In this document: piece by piece, positions 19,064-28,458 of the stretch
Layout: each line of letters begins with the position of its first letter
How positions within the stretch are numbered: the stretch's first letter is position 1
From: Chlamydiota bacterium
GTDB lineage: Bacteria; Chlamydiota; Chlamydiia; Chlamydiales; Rhabdochlamydiaceae
Length of the DNA stretch: 64,000 bases
Assembly (NCBI GenBank): GCA_022614855.1
Contig: JAKEHU010000006.1
Span: 20,537-84,536 of the forward strand
Direction of reading: 5' to 3'
Translations under genes and position numbers: made by a program
Notes under the pieces: model-generated
Database searches by the model: none
What the model saw: only the letters and a program-made list of their open reading frames with translations
Told to the model about the DNA's origin: nothing

Positions 19064-19689
19064 ATAAAAACCAGCGAGCAAAGTTCATCCAAAAGAAATT
19101 AAAAGAGCTTTTCCCCCATCCTGAAATTCCTTTGCACCACAGGAATTCTTATACTCTTCTCATTGCAGTATTGCTTTCGGCCCAATGTACAGATGCAAGA
19201 GTCAATAAAATTACTCCACTTCTTTTTGCAAAAGCAGATAGTCCAAAAAAAATGATACAACTGGATATCAAAGAAATCGAAGAGATCATCAGACCTTGTG
19301 GCCTCGGCAAAAATAAAGCAAAAGCAATTTGGCACCTTTCGAAAAAAATTCTAGAAGATCACAAAGGGAAAGTCCCAAATACTTTTGAAGAATTAGAAGA
19401 GCTCCCTGGTGTAGGCCATAAAACGGCATCGGTTGTCATGTCTCATGCATTTGATAAACTTGCCTTTCCTGTAGATACACACATCCATCGCTGTGCAAAA
19501 AGGTGGGGTTTAAGCAATGGAAAAAGTGTTGCTCAAACAGAAAAAGATTTGAAGAAACTTTTTCCAAAAAAAGATTGGCATCTTCTCCATCTGCAAATCA
19601 TCTATTACGCGCGCAAATACTGTCCTGCAAGAGGCCACAAAATAGCTCACTGTCCTATCTGTAGAGAAATGCTAAAAGCTAAAGTATAA
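19060..19689 (+). CDS. nth: Endonuclease III (HhH-GPD DNA glycosylase, 4Fe-4S)
   Basis: LLSAQCTDARVN, LPGVGHKTASVV, VDTHIHR and C..C..C. Confidence 0.9.
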   Translation: MNKNQRAKFIQKKLKELFPHPEIPLHHRNSYTLLIAVLLSAQCTDARVNKITPLLFAKADSPKKMIQLDIKEIEEIIRPCGLGKNKAKAIWHLSKKILEDHKGKVPNTFEELEELPGVGHKTASVVMSHAFDKLAFPVDTHIHRCAKRWGLSNGKSVAQTEKDLKKLFPKKDWHLLHLQIIYYARKYCPARGHKIAHCPICREMLKAKV

Positions 19690-19764
19690 AGGCTAAAAAA
19701 GAAGAGAGAAATGGACTACAAGAAACAAATTCTCCGATTTTAGCCTTTAGACTTTAGCTTTTAG
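19670..19764. repeat. REP-like long hairpin, AAAGGCTAAAAGCTAAAG family, copy c
   Basis: The 28-nt arms (19670-19697 and 19737-19764) have one mismatch. The element lies between the convergent genes nth and psd, and the last nth codons and its stop lie in the left arm. Confidence 0.8.
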
Positions 19765-19773
19765 CTTTTGCCT

Positions 19774-20688
19774 TTACAAAGGGGAGAGGGCTCTGCCAAG
19801 CGATTCACCCATTTTGCCAAGGACCTCCATTCTTTTTTGCGATGCCTCTAAAAGATCCTGGTCAAACTGAATGCGAAAAGGTTCAAAAAGAAGGATGATG
19901 CAAGATCCTCCAAAGGAAAAATATCCCTTTTCATCTCCCTTAGCGTAGTGTTCTTCTGGAATGTAGGTCTGATGAATCGATCCCACATAAGTAGCGCCGA
20001 TTTCAATGAAAAGAACCGGACCAAAATTTTTTGTTTGAAGTTGTGTGACCACCCTTTTGTTTTCCGTCAAAATGTGAATATTTTTGCAAAGTGCAATGGG
20101 ATTTACAGAAAAAAGAGCGCCATTTATGGCTTTTCCATTTCCGGGAACGCAATTGCAGGGAAAATGAAATCGATGATAATCGACAGGAGCTAGCCTTGCA
20201 ATCACCATGGACCCATGCAGATATTTGTGTGCAATCGTCTCATTTTTAATCAACTCTTCTAGAGAAAATTTCTTTCCTTTTACAATAAATCCATCGCTTC
20301 TTTGAACCTCAGGAAATACCAGATACCTTCCGTCCGCCGGTAGGATTGCTACATCATTGCCATTGGTAATTGACCTTGCAGAAGGTTTTAATTTTCGAAT
20401 GAAAAAATCATTAAACGAAGAAAAGGAAGAAACAGGGTCTAAAAATTCCGTTGTATCAATTTGAAAACGGCGGATAAATGGGCCAATTTTGTATCTGCTC
20501 CATTTGCTCTTTTGAAATTTTCCATACATTTTAGAAAAAAGCGAAATGCGTGAAATAAGTCCCAAAAAAAGGAGGGAAAAAATCCAGGAAATGGGATTAT
20601 TGCCATAAAGAAGATTAAGAAAAAATTTGCCATAAACTCTTTCTACTTCTACTTTTTTGTTCTGCCGATTAAGATAGCGAATTTCCAT
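19774..20688 (-). CDS. psd: Phosphatidylserine decarboxylase proenzyme
   Basis: The N-terminus RYLNRQNKKVEVERV is typical of chlamydial Psd as I recall it. Other motifs are FNDFFIRKLKP, LAPVDYHRFHFP and GYFSFGGS (cleavage site). Confidence 0.9.
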   Translation of the reverse strand: MEIRYLNRQNKKVEVERVYGKFFLNLLYGNNPISWIFSLLFLGLISRISLFSKMYGKFQKSKWSRYKIGPFIRRFQIDTTEFLDPVSSFSSFNDFFIRKLKPSARSITNGNDVAILPADGRYLVFPEVQRSDGFIVKGKKFSLEELIKNETIAHKYLHGSMVIARLAPVDYHRFHFPCNCVPGNGKAINGALFSVNPIALCKNIHILTENKRVVTQLQTKNFGPVLFIEIGATYVGSIHQTYIPEEHYAKGDEKGYFSFGGSCIILLFEPFRIQFDQDLLEASQKRMEVLGKMGESLGRALSPL

Positions 20689-20849
20689 GAACCTATCCGC
20701 AAATTCTAAAAATTTGATTTTTGTAAGATTTTTCCATCATATTTTTATGCCACTTTGAAGGACATACTTGCAAAGTCAAGCCGAGAAGTGGCATAAAAAT
20801 ATGACGAAAAAGATACGAAAAGCAGGTTTTAGAATTTGCGGATAGGTTC
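20689..20849. mobile_element. MITE-like palindromic element, family GAACCTATCC, full copy A (161 bp)
   Basis: The ~25-bp terminal inverted repeats are GAACCTATCCGCAAATTCTAAAA / TTTTAGAATTTGCGGATAGGTTC. It is highly similar by eye to the reverse complement of 46899-47059. It starts immediately after the psd start codon. Confidence 0.9.
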
Positions 20850-20923
20850 ATGTGTTAATTCAATTGAACCGAATCAGCATAATTCTTTCAAATATTCTAT
20901 TTAGTAAGGAAATATTTTAAAAA

Positions 20924-20952
20924 TTGAGAAGTTCCAAAAAATAGGTTATAAT
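20924..20952 (+). promoter_or_regulatory. Sigma-70/66-like promoter candidate for secA (TTGAGA-17-TATAAT)
   Basis: The -35 box is at 20924-20929 and the -10 box at 20947-20952. AGGA lies 4-7 nt before the ATG at 20970. Confidence 0.45.
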
Positions 20953-20969
20953 AATTTTCCATAGGACAT

Positions 20970-23936
20970 ATGTTTGGCATTTTAAAAAAAATATTTGGTA
21001 CCGCGCAAAGTCGCCTTCTAAAAAAAGATGCAAAAATTGTTTTAACGGTCAATGAGATCGAAAAACGTTTGCAACTTCTTTCTGATGTAGAACTTAAGCG
21101 AAAAACAGATGAGCTTAAGCTGCGCCTTTCTAAAGGGGAGACCCTCAATGATATCCTCCCAGAAGCCTATGCTGTTGTAAAAAATGTCTGCAGAAGGCTC
21201 TGCGGAACAGAAGTCCATGTCTCAGGATACAATCAAAAATGGGATATGATCCCCTATGATGTGCAGATTTTGGGTGCAATTGCCATGCACTATGGGGCCT
21301 TAGCAGAGATGCAAACAGGGGAAGGAAAGACCCTTACGGCTTCAATGCCCCTTTACCTCAATGCCCTTTCTGGAAAACCTGTTCATCTTGTCACTGCCAA
21401 TGACTATTTAGCAGAGCGCGACTGTGAATGGATGGGAGCCATCTTTCGCTGGCTGGGACTTAAAGTTTGTTCCATTACCAACAATACCCCCCATAACTTG
21501 AGAAAATCCTATTACGCTTCCGACATCGTCTATGGTACTGCTTCAGAATTTGGCTTTGATTATTTGAGAGATAATGCAATGGCACAAAGCGCTGAAGAGC
21601 AGGTGCAGAGGGGCCATTTCTTTGCTATCATTGACGAAGTGGATTCGATTTTGATCGATGAAGCGCGCACTCCTCTAATCATTTCTGGTCCTTCTTCTGA
21701 ATCCAAACAGATGTATGAAGAGCTTAAAGAACCTGTTGCAAATCTTGTTCGCCAGCAAAGAGATCTCTGCAATCGACTTGCTAACGATGCGAAAAAAATC
21801 TTGGAAAAGTTGGATCTGGTCGAAGAGAAACAGGAAAAAAAGAAACTTTCCAAAGAGGAAGAAAAAGAAGAAAAGGAGAGTTATCGCAAACTTTGGCTCG
21901 TCAGCAAAGGAACTCCTCAAAACAAGGTTTTAAAAAGATTCCGTGAAAATCCAGATATTCGCGCAGCTGTAGAAGCCCTAGATACCTATTTTCATGCCGA
22001 TCCAAATAAAGAAGAGCGGTTAGAAGCTTTAGCAGAACTTTTCATCATTGTCGATGAAAGGGCAAATGAATATGAATTGACCGATCTAGGAATTCAAAGT
22101 TGGGGAAAATCAAAAGCAGAAGTTACAGAAAGCGATTTTACCATGATCGACTTAGGCCATGAATATGCACAAATCGATACAAATCCCGATCTTTCTGAAG
22201 AGGAAAAACTAGAGAAAAAAGTGGTGCTTAGAGAAGAAGATGGGAGAAGAAAAGAAAGAGCCCACAATTTGCGTCAACTTTTCCGTGCCCATCTCTTAAT
22301 GGAAAAAGATATCGATTACATTGTTCAACAAGGAAAAATTGTCATTATTGATGAAAACACCGGACGCCCTCAACCTGGCAGACGTTTTTCTGACGGACTT
22401 CATCAATCAATTGAGGCAAAAGAGGGAGTTGCAATCCAAGGGGAAACGCAGACCTATGCAACGATTACCCTGCAGAATTATTTCCGAATGTATGGAAAAT
22501 TATCGGGGATGACTGGAACTGCAATGACAGAAGCGCAAGAGTTTAAAGAAATTTACAAGATCGATGTTCTTGCGATTCCCACTTACCTTCCTTGCCAAAG
22601 AGCAGATTATGATGATGAAATCTACATGTCAGAAAGAGAAAAATACAATGCCATTGTAAAAGATATTAAGGAAATTCATGAAAAGGGACGTCCGATTTTA
22701 ATTGGAACAGAATCGGTAGAAACATCGGAAAAGCTTTCCCGTATCTTGAGACAAAACCGATTGGAACACACGGTATTAAATGCAAAACAACATGATAAAG
22801 AAGCAGAAATCATCGCAGAAGCTGGCAAAAAGGGAGCGATTACCGTTGCAACTAATATGGCAGGCCGAGGTACGGATATCAAACTAAAAGAGGGGGTAAA
22901 AGAAGCAGGCGGACTCCATGTCATCGGAACGACAAGGCAGACAAGAAGAGTAGACAGGCAACTTAAAGGGCGAAGTGCACGACTTGGCGATCCGGGGTCG
23001 GCTAAATTTTATGTCTCATTTGAAGATTCGCTCTTGCGCCTCTTTACTTCGCCTCGTGTCACAGCATTTTTGCAAAAATTTCGTCCTCCTGAAGGAGAAC
23101 CCATTGCTGCCAAAGTTCTTAATAAATCGATTGAAACTGCACAAAAACGGGTCGAACAGAGAAACTATACAATGCGCAAATATACGCTTGAATATGATGA
23201 TGTGATGAATAAGCAAAGATCAGAAATCTATGCTTTTCGCAATGAAATTCTCCATACACAAAATCCTACTCTACTTGCGGAAGAAATTTTAGAAAGCGTC
23301 TGCTCCTCTCAAGCTGCACATTTCCTTGTAGATAGAGCCACCGAAGAGGGATGGAATCCTCAAGGATATTGCACTTGGCTTCAGACCCACTTCCCTTTAA
23401 AATTTGATCTATCTGAATTTGATAGCGATTACCTCTCTTTGAATGAGATCGAAAAAACAGCCTCCATCAAAGTTGTTCATGCTTTTCAAAAAAAGATCTC
23501 TCACCAGATAGAGATGATCAAAAAAACAAAACATCTGATCATGCCAAACAGCCAATTTTCTCCTGAAAATGTGATACAAGAGGTCATTCGAAATATTCTC
23601 GTCCGCTCTATCGATCGCCTTTGGCAAGAGCATCTTTTGCACATCGATCACCTGCGAACAGAAGTACATCTCCGCTCCATTGGGCAAAAAGATCCCCTTT
23701 TGGAATTCAAACATGAAGCCTTTCATCTCTTCAATTCACTGAGTTTAAAAATCAAAATTGAAATTGCACATGCCCTTTTCAAATTTGAAATGGTCGTACA
23801 AGATCAGGAAAAAAAGAAACGAGAAACCATCGAACAAAAAAAGAAAAAACCCCTCAAAGAACATCGCACAATGCCCATGATCGACCTCTCTTTGATGGAC
23901 GAAGAAGATCCGGATAATTTACTTTCTACAAGGTAA
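20970..23936 (+). CDS. secA: Preprotein translocase ATPase SecA
   Basis: AEMQTGEGKTL, DEVDSILIDEARTPLIISG and TNMAGRGTDIKL; 988 aa. Confidence 0.95.
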   Translation: MFGILKKIFGTAQSRLLKKDAKIVLTVNEIEKRLQLLSDVELKRKTDELKLRLSKGETLNDILPEAYAVVKNVCRRLCGTEVHVSGYNQKWDMIPYDVQILGAIAMHYGALAEMQTGEGKTLTASMPLYLNALSGKPVHLVTANDYLAERDCEWMGAIFRWLGLKVCSITNNTPHNLRKSYYASDIVYGTASEFGFDYLRDNAMAQSAEEQVQRGHFFAIIDEVDSILIDEARTPLIISGPSSESKQMYEELKEPVANLVRQQRDLCNRLANDAKKILEKLDLVEEKQEKKKLSKEEEKEEKESYRKLWLVSKGTPQNKVLKRFRENPDIRAAVEALDTYFHADPNKEERLEALAELFIIVDERANEYELTDLGIQSWGKSKAEVTESDFTMIDLGHEYAQIDTNPDLSEEEKLEKKVVLREEDGRRKERAHNLRQLFRAHLLMEKDIDYIVQQGKIVIIDENTGRPQPGRRFSDGLHQSIEAKEGVAIQGETQTYATITLQNYFRMYGKLSGMTGTAMTEAQEFKEIYKIDVLAIPTYLPCQRADYDDEIYMSEREKYNAIVKDIKEIHEKGRPILIGTESVETSEKLSRILRQNRLEHTVLNAKQHDKEAEIIAEAGKKGAITVATNMAGRGTDIKLKEGVKEAGGLHVIGTTRQTRRVDRQLKGRSARLGDPGSAKFYVSFEDSLLRLFTSPRVTAFLQKFRPPEGEPIAAKVLNKSIETAQKRVEQRNYTMRKYTLEYDDVMNKQRSEIYAFRNEILHTQNPTLLAEEILESVCSSQAAHFLVDRATEEGWNPQGYCTWLQTHFPLKFDLSEFDSDYLSLNEIEKTASIKVVHAFQKKISHQIEMIKKTKHLIMPNSQFSPENVIQEVIRNILVRSIDRLWQEHLLHIDHLRTEVHLRSIGQKDPLLEFKHEAFHLFNSLSLKIKIEIAHALFKFEMVVQDQEKKKRETIEQKKKKPLKEHRTMPMIDLSLMDEEDPDNLLSTR

Positions 23937-23940
23937 TTTT

Positions 23941-25149
23941 TTGCAAGCTACAGCTCAAAAAGTGCGCCAAGCTTTTTTGCTGACCAAATTGTTTAGTGCT
24001 CCTTTCTGGACGCTCTATGCAATGCTCGCTTTTATTCTCTATAAAGATCTCCATGCAACGCCCTTTCAAATTTCCCTTTTCATTTCTCTTAAACCAGTCG
24101 TTTCCCTTCTTTCAATCTATTGGAGTGGATTTGTTCATCATCGACCTGATCGATTGAAGAGCAACATCATTTGGGCGACTATTATTGGCCACCTCCCCTT
24201 TTTATTTGTACCCTTCATGAAAAATCCTTGGCTTTTCATTGCAGCTTCGGGTTTCTATATGATGTTGATGAGAGGGATCATTCCTGCTTGGATGGAAGTT
24301 TTAAAGCTACATCTTCCTTCTGTAGAGCGAGAAAATGCATTTGCAATGGGATCGATTTTATCTTACCTTACAGGAATTCTTTTGCCGATTTTTTTAGGAA
24401 GATGGTTAGATAGCTCCCAAGAATTGTGGCGACTTTTATTTCCCATGGCTGCAACCTTAAGCCTCATCGGAATGTTGTTTCAATTGCGCATTCCAAAAGA
24501 AAAAATCGTTTTTTCTTCAACTCCTTCCTCTATTTTTTTCCTTCAACCTTGGAAAGATGCGTGGAATCTCTTAAAAACAAAAAAGGATTTTTTCCATTTT
24601 CAAATCGGATTCATGTTAGGCGGAAGTGCTCTCATGATCTTACAACCTGCATTGCCCATCTATTTCAATGATTTTCTCCATATCTCTTATTCAGAACTGG
24701 CCATTGCCCTTTCTCTTTGCAAAGGCATTGGATATGCATTGACCAGCAGAATTTGGGCAAAAACTATCCATAGATATTCCATCTATTTGATTGGAGCTTT
24801 TGTCACTTTGGCAGCAGCGATATTTCCTCTACTTCTTCTAAGTGCACAAAGCACACTTGTTACTCTTTATGCAGCCTATTTTGTTTATGGATTGATGCAA
24901 GCGGGAAGTGAACTCACCTGGCATCTATCTGGACCCATTTTCTCACAGAAGGAAAATAGCTCCATCTATAGCAGTGTCAATGTCATTACTGTGGGAGTGC
25001 GTGGAATTTTTGCTCCCTTTCTCGGAGCCCTTCTCTTTTCTTATGCAGGCATTGGCGCTACTTTTATCATCGGTTCTATACTTTGTCTGATTGCGTCATT
25101 AAAACTTCGCTCTTCCCACCGTCAATTTCAGCCAATTTCCTCTTTTTAA
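23941..25149 (+). CDS. Major facilitator superfamily transporter (about 12 TM)
   Basis: Hydrophobic segments recur throughout the 402 aa. The start is TTG. Confidence 0.6.
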   Translation: MQATAQKVRQAFLLTKLFSAPFWTLYAMLAFILYKDLHATPFQISLFISLKPVVSLLSIYWSGFVHHRPDRLKSNIIWATIIGHLPFLFVPFMKNPWLFIAASGFYMMLMRGIIPAWMEVLKLHLPSVERENAFAMGSILSYLTGILLPIFLGRWLDSSQELWRLLFPMAATLSLIGMLFQLRIPKEKIVFSSTPSSIFFLQPWKDAWNLLKTKKDFFHFQIGFMLGGSALMILQPALPIYFNDFLHISYSELAIALSLCKGIGYALTSRIWAKTIHRYSIYLIGAFVTLAAAIFPLLLLSAQSTLVTLYAAYFVYGLMQAGSELTWHLSGPIFSQKENSSIYSSVNVITVGVRGIFAPFLGALLFSYAGIGATFIIGSILCLIASLKLRSSHRQFQPISSF

Positions 25150-26395
25150 ATACCTCTTCAATTGCATTTAAATTAAATTTTATCGTTGCAAGTTTGCCAT
25201 TTTCAAATCCGACAAAGAGGATATTCTCATCAAAAGTAAAGGTAGTGATCTTTCCCAAATCTTCATTTTCGTAAGAATAGAGAATTTTTCCATCTTCCTC
25301 TGAATCGATTAGGTAGATTTTTTTTGATCCAACTAATAATAGGTATCGATTGAAGAGATATTCAAATCCTAGAACTTCTATTTTCTCTGAATATGTATTT
25401 TTAAAAAGTTCTTCTATGGAGTTTGAAGTAAGGCCAAGGCTAAATAATATTAAATTTGTCTGGAAAACATTTGTGATGGCAATACTATTCCTTTCCACTC
25501 TGTCATTACTAATCAAAACGAGATTACTTTTAAAAACAAAGTTTGGATGGCTAAAAAGATCAAACCTAAAGTTTATTTCTTTGCAAAATTTAAACTCTCC
25601 ATCCCAAATTTTTAAACTAGTTTTTTCATTACTTTCACTTACTGTTACAATACATTCATCACAAATATTTCCAAGAAATCTAACAGATTCAAATAGTACC
25701 GGGAATGCTTGTCCACTTATTTTATCACTTCCAATTTCGAACATCTTTAAAGCATCAGATCCATCGGATGTACCAATAAAAAGATATTTTGAAAAATTCA
25801 TTACTGATTGAACATGGACTAAATCAACCTCTTTTAATAATTCTTCCTTGCCCCAATCATAAAATTTTATTCTTGTAACATCTTTTTGCATTTTACTTAA
25901 AATAAGAACCTTATCGCATTCCAATGGAAAAATTTGATCAATAGAGTTGAAATTAATGGTTTTTCTTAAGACGATTTTTTTATCTTCAATGTGAAAAATT
26001 ATGAGCTGGTCAGTTCCATATATAAAAAGATTATTTTCAAAATTACAAACCTTCGGACTAGAAATTTTAATAGAATGTGTAGATATTTCTTTCCATTCGT
26101 TTAAATCATTCAATGTAAAAAGATGGATTTGCTCATCATCAACAACAACTAGTTGTCCATTCAAAACAAGGCAGCAAACAGGAATTTTTGCATATTCCAA
26201 AAAGTTTACAGAAAAATTTAAGACTGGAAACTCTGAGATAACGTGTTCCTTCAGTATTTCTGAAGATTCATTTAATTTAAGGACCTCATAAATCTTCTCT
26301 TTTTCTATTTTAGATAGTGAACTTTCTTTAATTACGTTTTGAAAATCATTAGAAAGTTCAATATCCTTAGTGGGTAAATCATTTCGTACAGACAT
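25076..26395 (-). CDS. Hypothetical beta-propeller-like repeat protein (WD40-like periodicity)
   Basis: Short strand-like units of 40-50 aa recur (LVVVDDEQIHLF, LFIYGTDQLIIFHI, LFIGTSDG..LKMFEI, LKIWDG, LFVGFENGKLATI). The gene looks very AT-rich. It overlaps the MFS gene 3' end by 74 nt. Confidence 0.45.
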   Translation of the reverse strand: MSVRNDLPTKDIELSNDFQNVIKESSLSKIEKEKIYEVLKLNESSEILKEHVISEFPVLNFSVNFLEYAKIPVCCLVLNGQLVVVDDEQIHLFTLNDLNEWKEISTHSIKISSPKVCNFENNLFIYGTDQLIIFHIEDKKIVLRKTINFNSIDQIFPLECDKVLILSKMQKDVTRIKFYDWGKEELLKEVDLVHVQSVMNFSKYLFIGTSDGSDALKMFEIGSDKISGQAFPVLFESVRFLGNICDECIVTVSESNEKTSLKIWDGEFKFCKEINFRFDLFSHPNFVFKSNLVLISNDRVERNSIAITNVFQTNLILFSLGLTSNSIEELFKNTYSEKIEVLGFEYLFNRYLLLVGSKKIYLIDSEEDGKILYSYENEDLGKITTFTFDENILFVGFENGKLATIKFNLNAIEEVFKKRKLAEIDGGKSEVLMTQSDKV

Positions 26396-26414
26396 AAATT
26401 TTTTTTAAGAACTG

Positions 26415-26948
26415 TTATTCCAATTCTTTGGTTTTTTTCAGGCCAAAGAATAAAAGAGGGGCTGCTAAAAGGCAATAGAAAAACCAGTAGCTGCTATCCC
26501 ATTCTAGTTTTAGAATATTTTCTTGAGAAAAAAAGAGTTGAATGAATCCCCAAATCAAGAGATTCGATCCTGAAATGACGAGAATCGTCGGCCAAAGGCT
26601 GCTTTTTACTCCCGCTTGAGGAGCAAACTTTTTTAACTCTTCCTGCATGTAATTGGAAGAATCGGAATAAATTGGCTCTTTCGCCACCTGCGCCTTCATC
26701 GGCTGTTCTTGTACAATTTTTACTGGTTCTTCTTCAAAGGGAGATTTTTTCCCCGAATAGGGAGGTTGGTAAAGAGAATGCAAACTATCCTGCAAAGATT
26801 GGGTTTCAAAAAGGGGACTGTTGAAAGAATTTTTCATTTTTTCTTGATCAAAATCTTGATCCGCAGCGCAGTAAGGGCAAGAATTAGAATCAACAGCAAT
26901 CCTCGCTTCACAATGGGGACAGATTTTTTGGCGCTCTACAGGATTCAT
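26415..26948 (-). CDS. Zinc-ribbon membrane protein (hypothetical)
   Basis: The N-terminus has CPHC..X..CPYC, and the C-terminal half has predicted TM helices. Confidence 0.5.
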   Translation of the reverse strand: MNPVERQKICPHCEARIAVDSNSCPYCAADQDFDQEKMKNSFNSPLFETQSLQDSLHSLYQPPYSGKKSPFEEEPVKIVQEQPMKAQVAKEPIYSDSSNYMQEELKKFAPQAGVKSSLWPTILVISGSNLLIWGFIQLFFSQENILKLEWDSSYWFFYCLLAAPLLFFGLKKTKELE

Positions 26949-27054
26949 GATCTACCTTTTATTTTTTATTTTTTCATATTTCTCATAAACTTTCTACCAA
27001 TAAAAATGGGTGCGAAAATCTTTCTCTGAAGGTTATGATAGATAAAAGATTCAT

Positions 27055-28458
27055 ATGGAAAGAAAAAAATTTGATATAGCTGTGATTGGTGCAGGTCCTG
27101 GAGGATATGTCGCTGCGATCAAAGCTGCACAAAGCGGAAAGGCAGTCTGCTTGATTGAAAAAAAGGATTTGGGAGGGACTTGCCTGAATGTAGGATGCAT
27201 TCCGACCAAAACTCTACTTGCCAATGCATCGATCATGCACAAAATGAAAATGGCTGAAGAATTTGGCATTTCCGCAAAGGATATTTCCTTTGATTTTGCA
27301 AAAATGAAAGTTCGTAAAGATAGCGTAGTAGACAAACTTAGGAAAAGTTTGGGCAGTCTTTTACAGAGCAATAAAATTGTAATCATTCAAGGAATAGCTG
27401 AATTTATCTCCCCTAAAGAATTGAAAATAAAGGGAAAAGAAAATTATTTTATCGATGCAGACTATATCATCATTGCCACTGGATCGGAACCACTTGATAT
27501 TGGTGCCTTTCCCTGTGATCATAAGAAAATTTTAAATTCCACATCCATTTTGGAACTCACCCATCTTCCGAAGAGTTTGGCAATCATCGGAGGCGGATAC
27601 ATTGGGTGCGAGTTTGCATCTCTTTATGCAGCATTTGGCGTAAAAGTTACCATTTTAGAAGCTCTTCCTATGATTATTGCAAATATGGGAAAGATGATTT
27701 CTGATAGTTTGACCTTTTCTTTAAAAAAAAAGGGGGTTGAGATAGTAACGGATGCAATGGTAGAAGGAATTGATAAAAGAGAAAATGGGGTAACCATAAG
27801 ACTGAAAAATCGAGATTCTTTACCAAGCGATCTTGCTCTTGTTGCAATTGGAAGAAAAATTGTCTCCAAGGATCTTGGGCTAGAAAAAGCTGGAGTAAAA
27901 GTGAGAGAGAAAGGGGAAATTCCAGTCGACGAGAAGATGCAGACAAATATCCCTGGAATTTATGCAATTGGAGATGTCACAGGAAAATTCTTGCTTGCCC
28001 ATGTTGCCTCGCACCAAGGAATTATCGCTGCTTCTCACATTTTGGGAGAAGAGAGTTCGATGCGCTATGATGCTGTTCCTGCTGTGATCTTTACCGATCC
28101 AGAAATTGCAACTGTGGGTATGAGTTTAGAAGAAGCACAAAAATCTGGATTGGAACTTGCAGTTGGCAAATTTCCTTTCCAAGCGCTTGGGAAGGCAATT
28201 GCTGCAAATGAAACGGAAGGTTTTGTCCATATCATTTCCGATAAGAAAACGGGAAAAATTTTGGGAGCACAAGCAATTGGCCACGAGGTTTCTAATCTCA
28301 TCGCTGAAATTGCTCTGGCTATCAACAATGAGCTCACTTTAGAATGCATTGCAGATACAATCCATGCTCATCCCACTCTGCCAGAAGCATGGCTAGAAGC
28401 TGCGCTGATTGCCAATGAGACACCGATTCATTTCCCTCCAAAAAAGAGATCTTTATGA
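27055..28458 (+). CDS. lpdA: Dihydrolipoyl dehydrogenase (E3)
   Basis: VIGAGPGGYVAAIKAAQ, GGTCLNVGCIPTK and HAHPTLPE. Confidence 0.93.
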   Translation: MERKKFDIAVIGAGPGGYVAAIKAAQSGKAVCLIEKKDLGGTCLNVGCIPTKTLLANASIMHKMKMAEEFGISAKDISFDFAKMKVRKDSVVDKLRKSLGSLLQSNKIVIIQGIAEFISPKELKIKGKENYFIDADYIIIATGSEPLDIGAFPCDHKKILNSTSILELTHLPKSLAIIGGGYIGCEFASLYAAFGVKVTILEALPMIIANMGKMISDSLTFSLKKKGVEIVTDAMVEGIDKRENGVTIRLKNRDSLPSDLALVAIGRKIVSKDLGLEKAGVKVREKGEIPVDEKMQTNIPGIYAIGDVTGKFLLAHVASHQGIIAASHILGEESSMRYDAVPAVIFTDPEIATVGMSLEEAQKSGLELAVGKFPFQALGKAIAANETEGFVHIISDKKTGKILGAQAIGHEVSNLIAEIALAINNELTLECIADTIHAHPTLPEAWLEAALIANETPIHFPPKKRSL

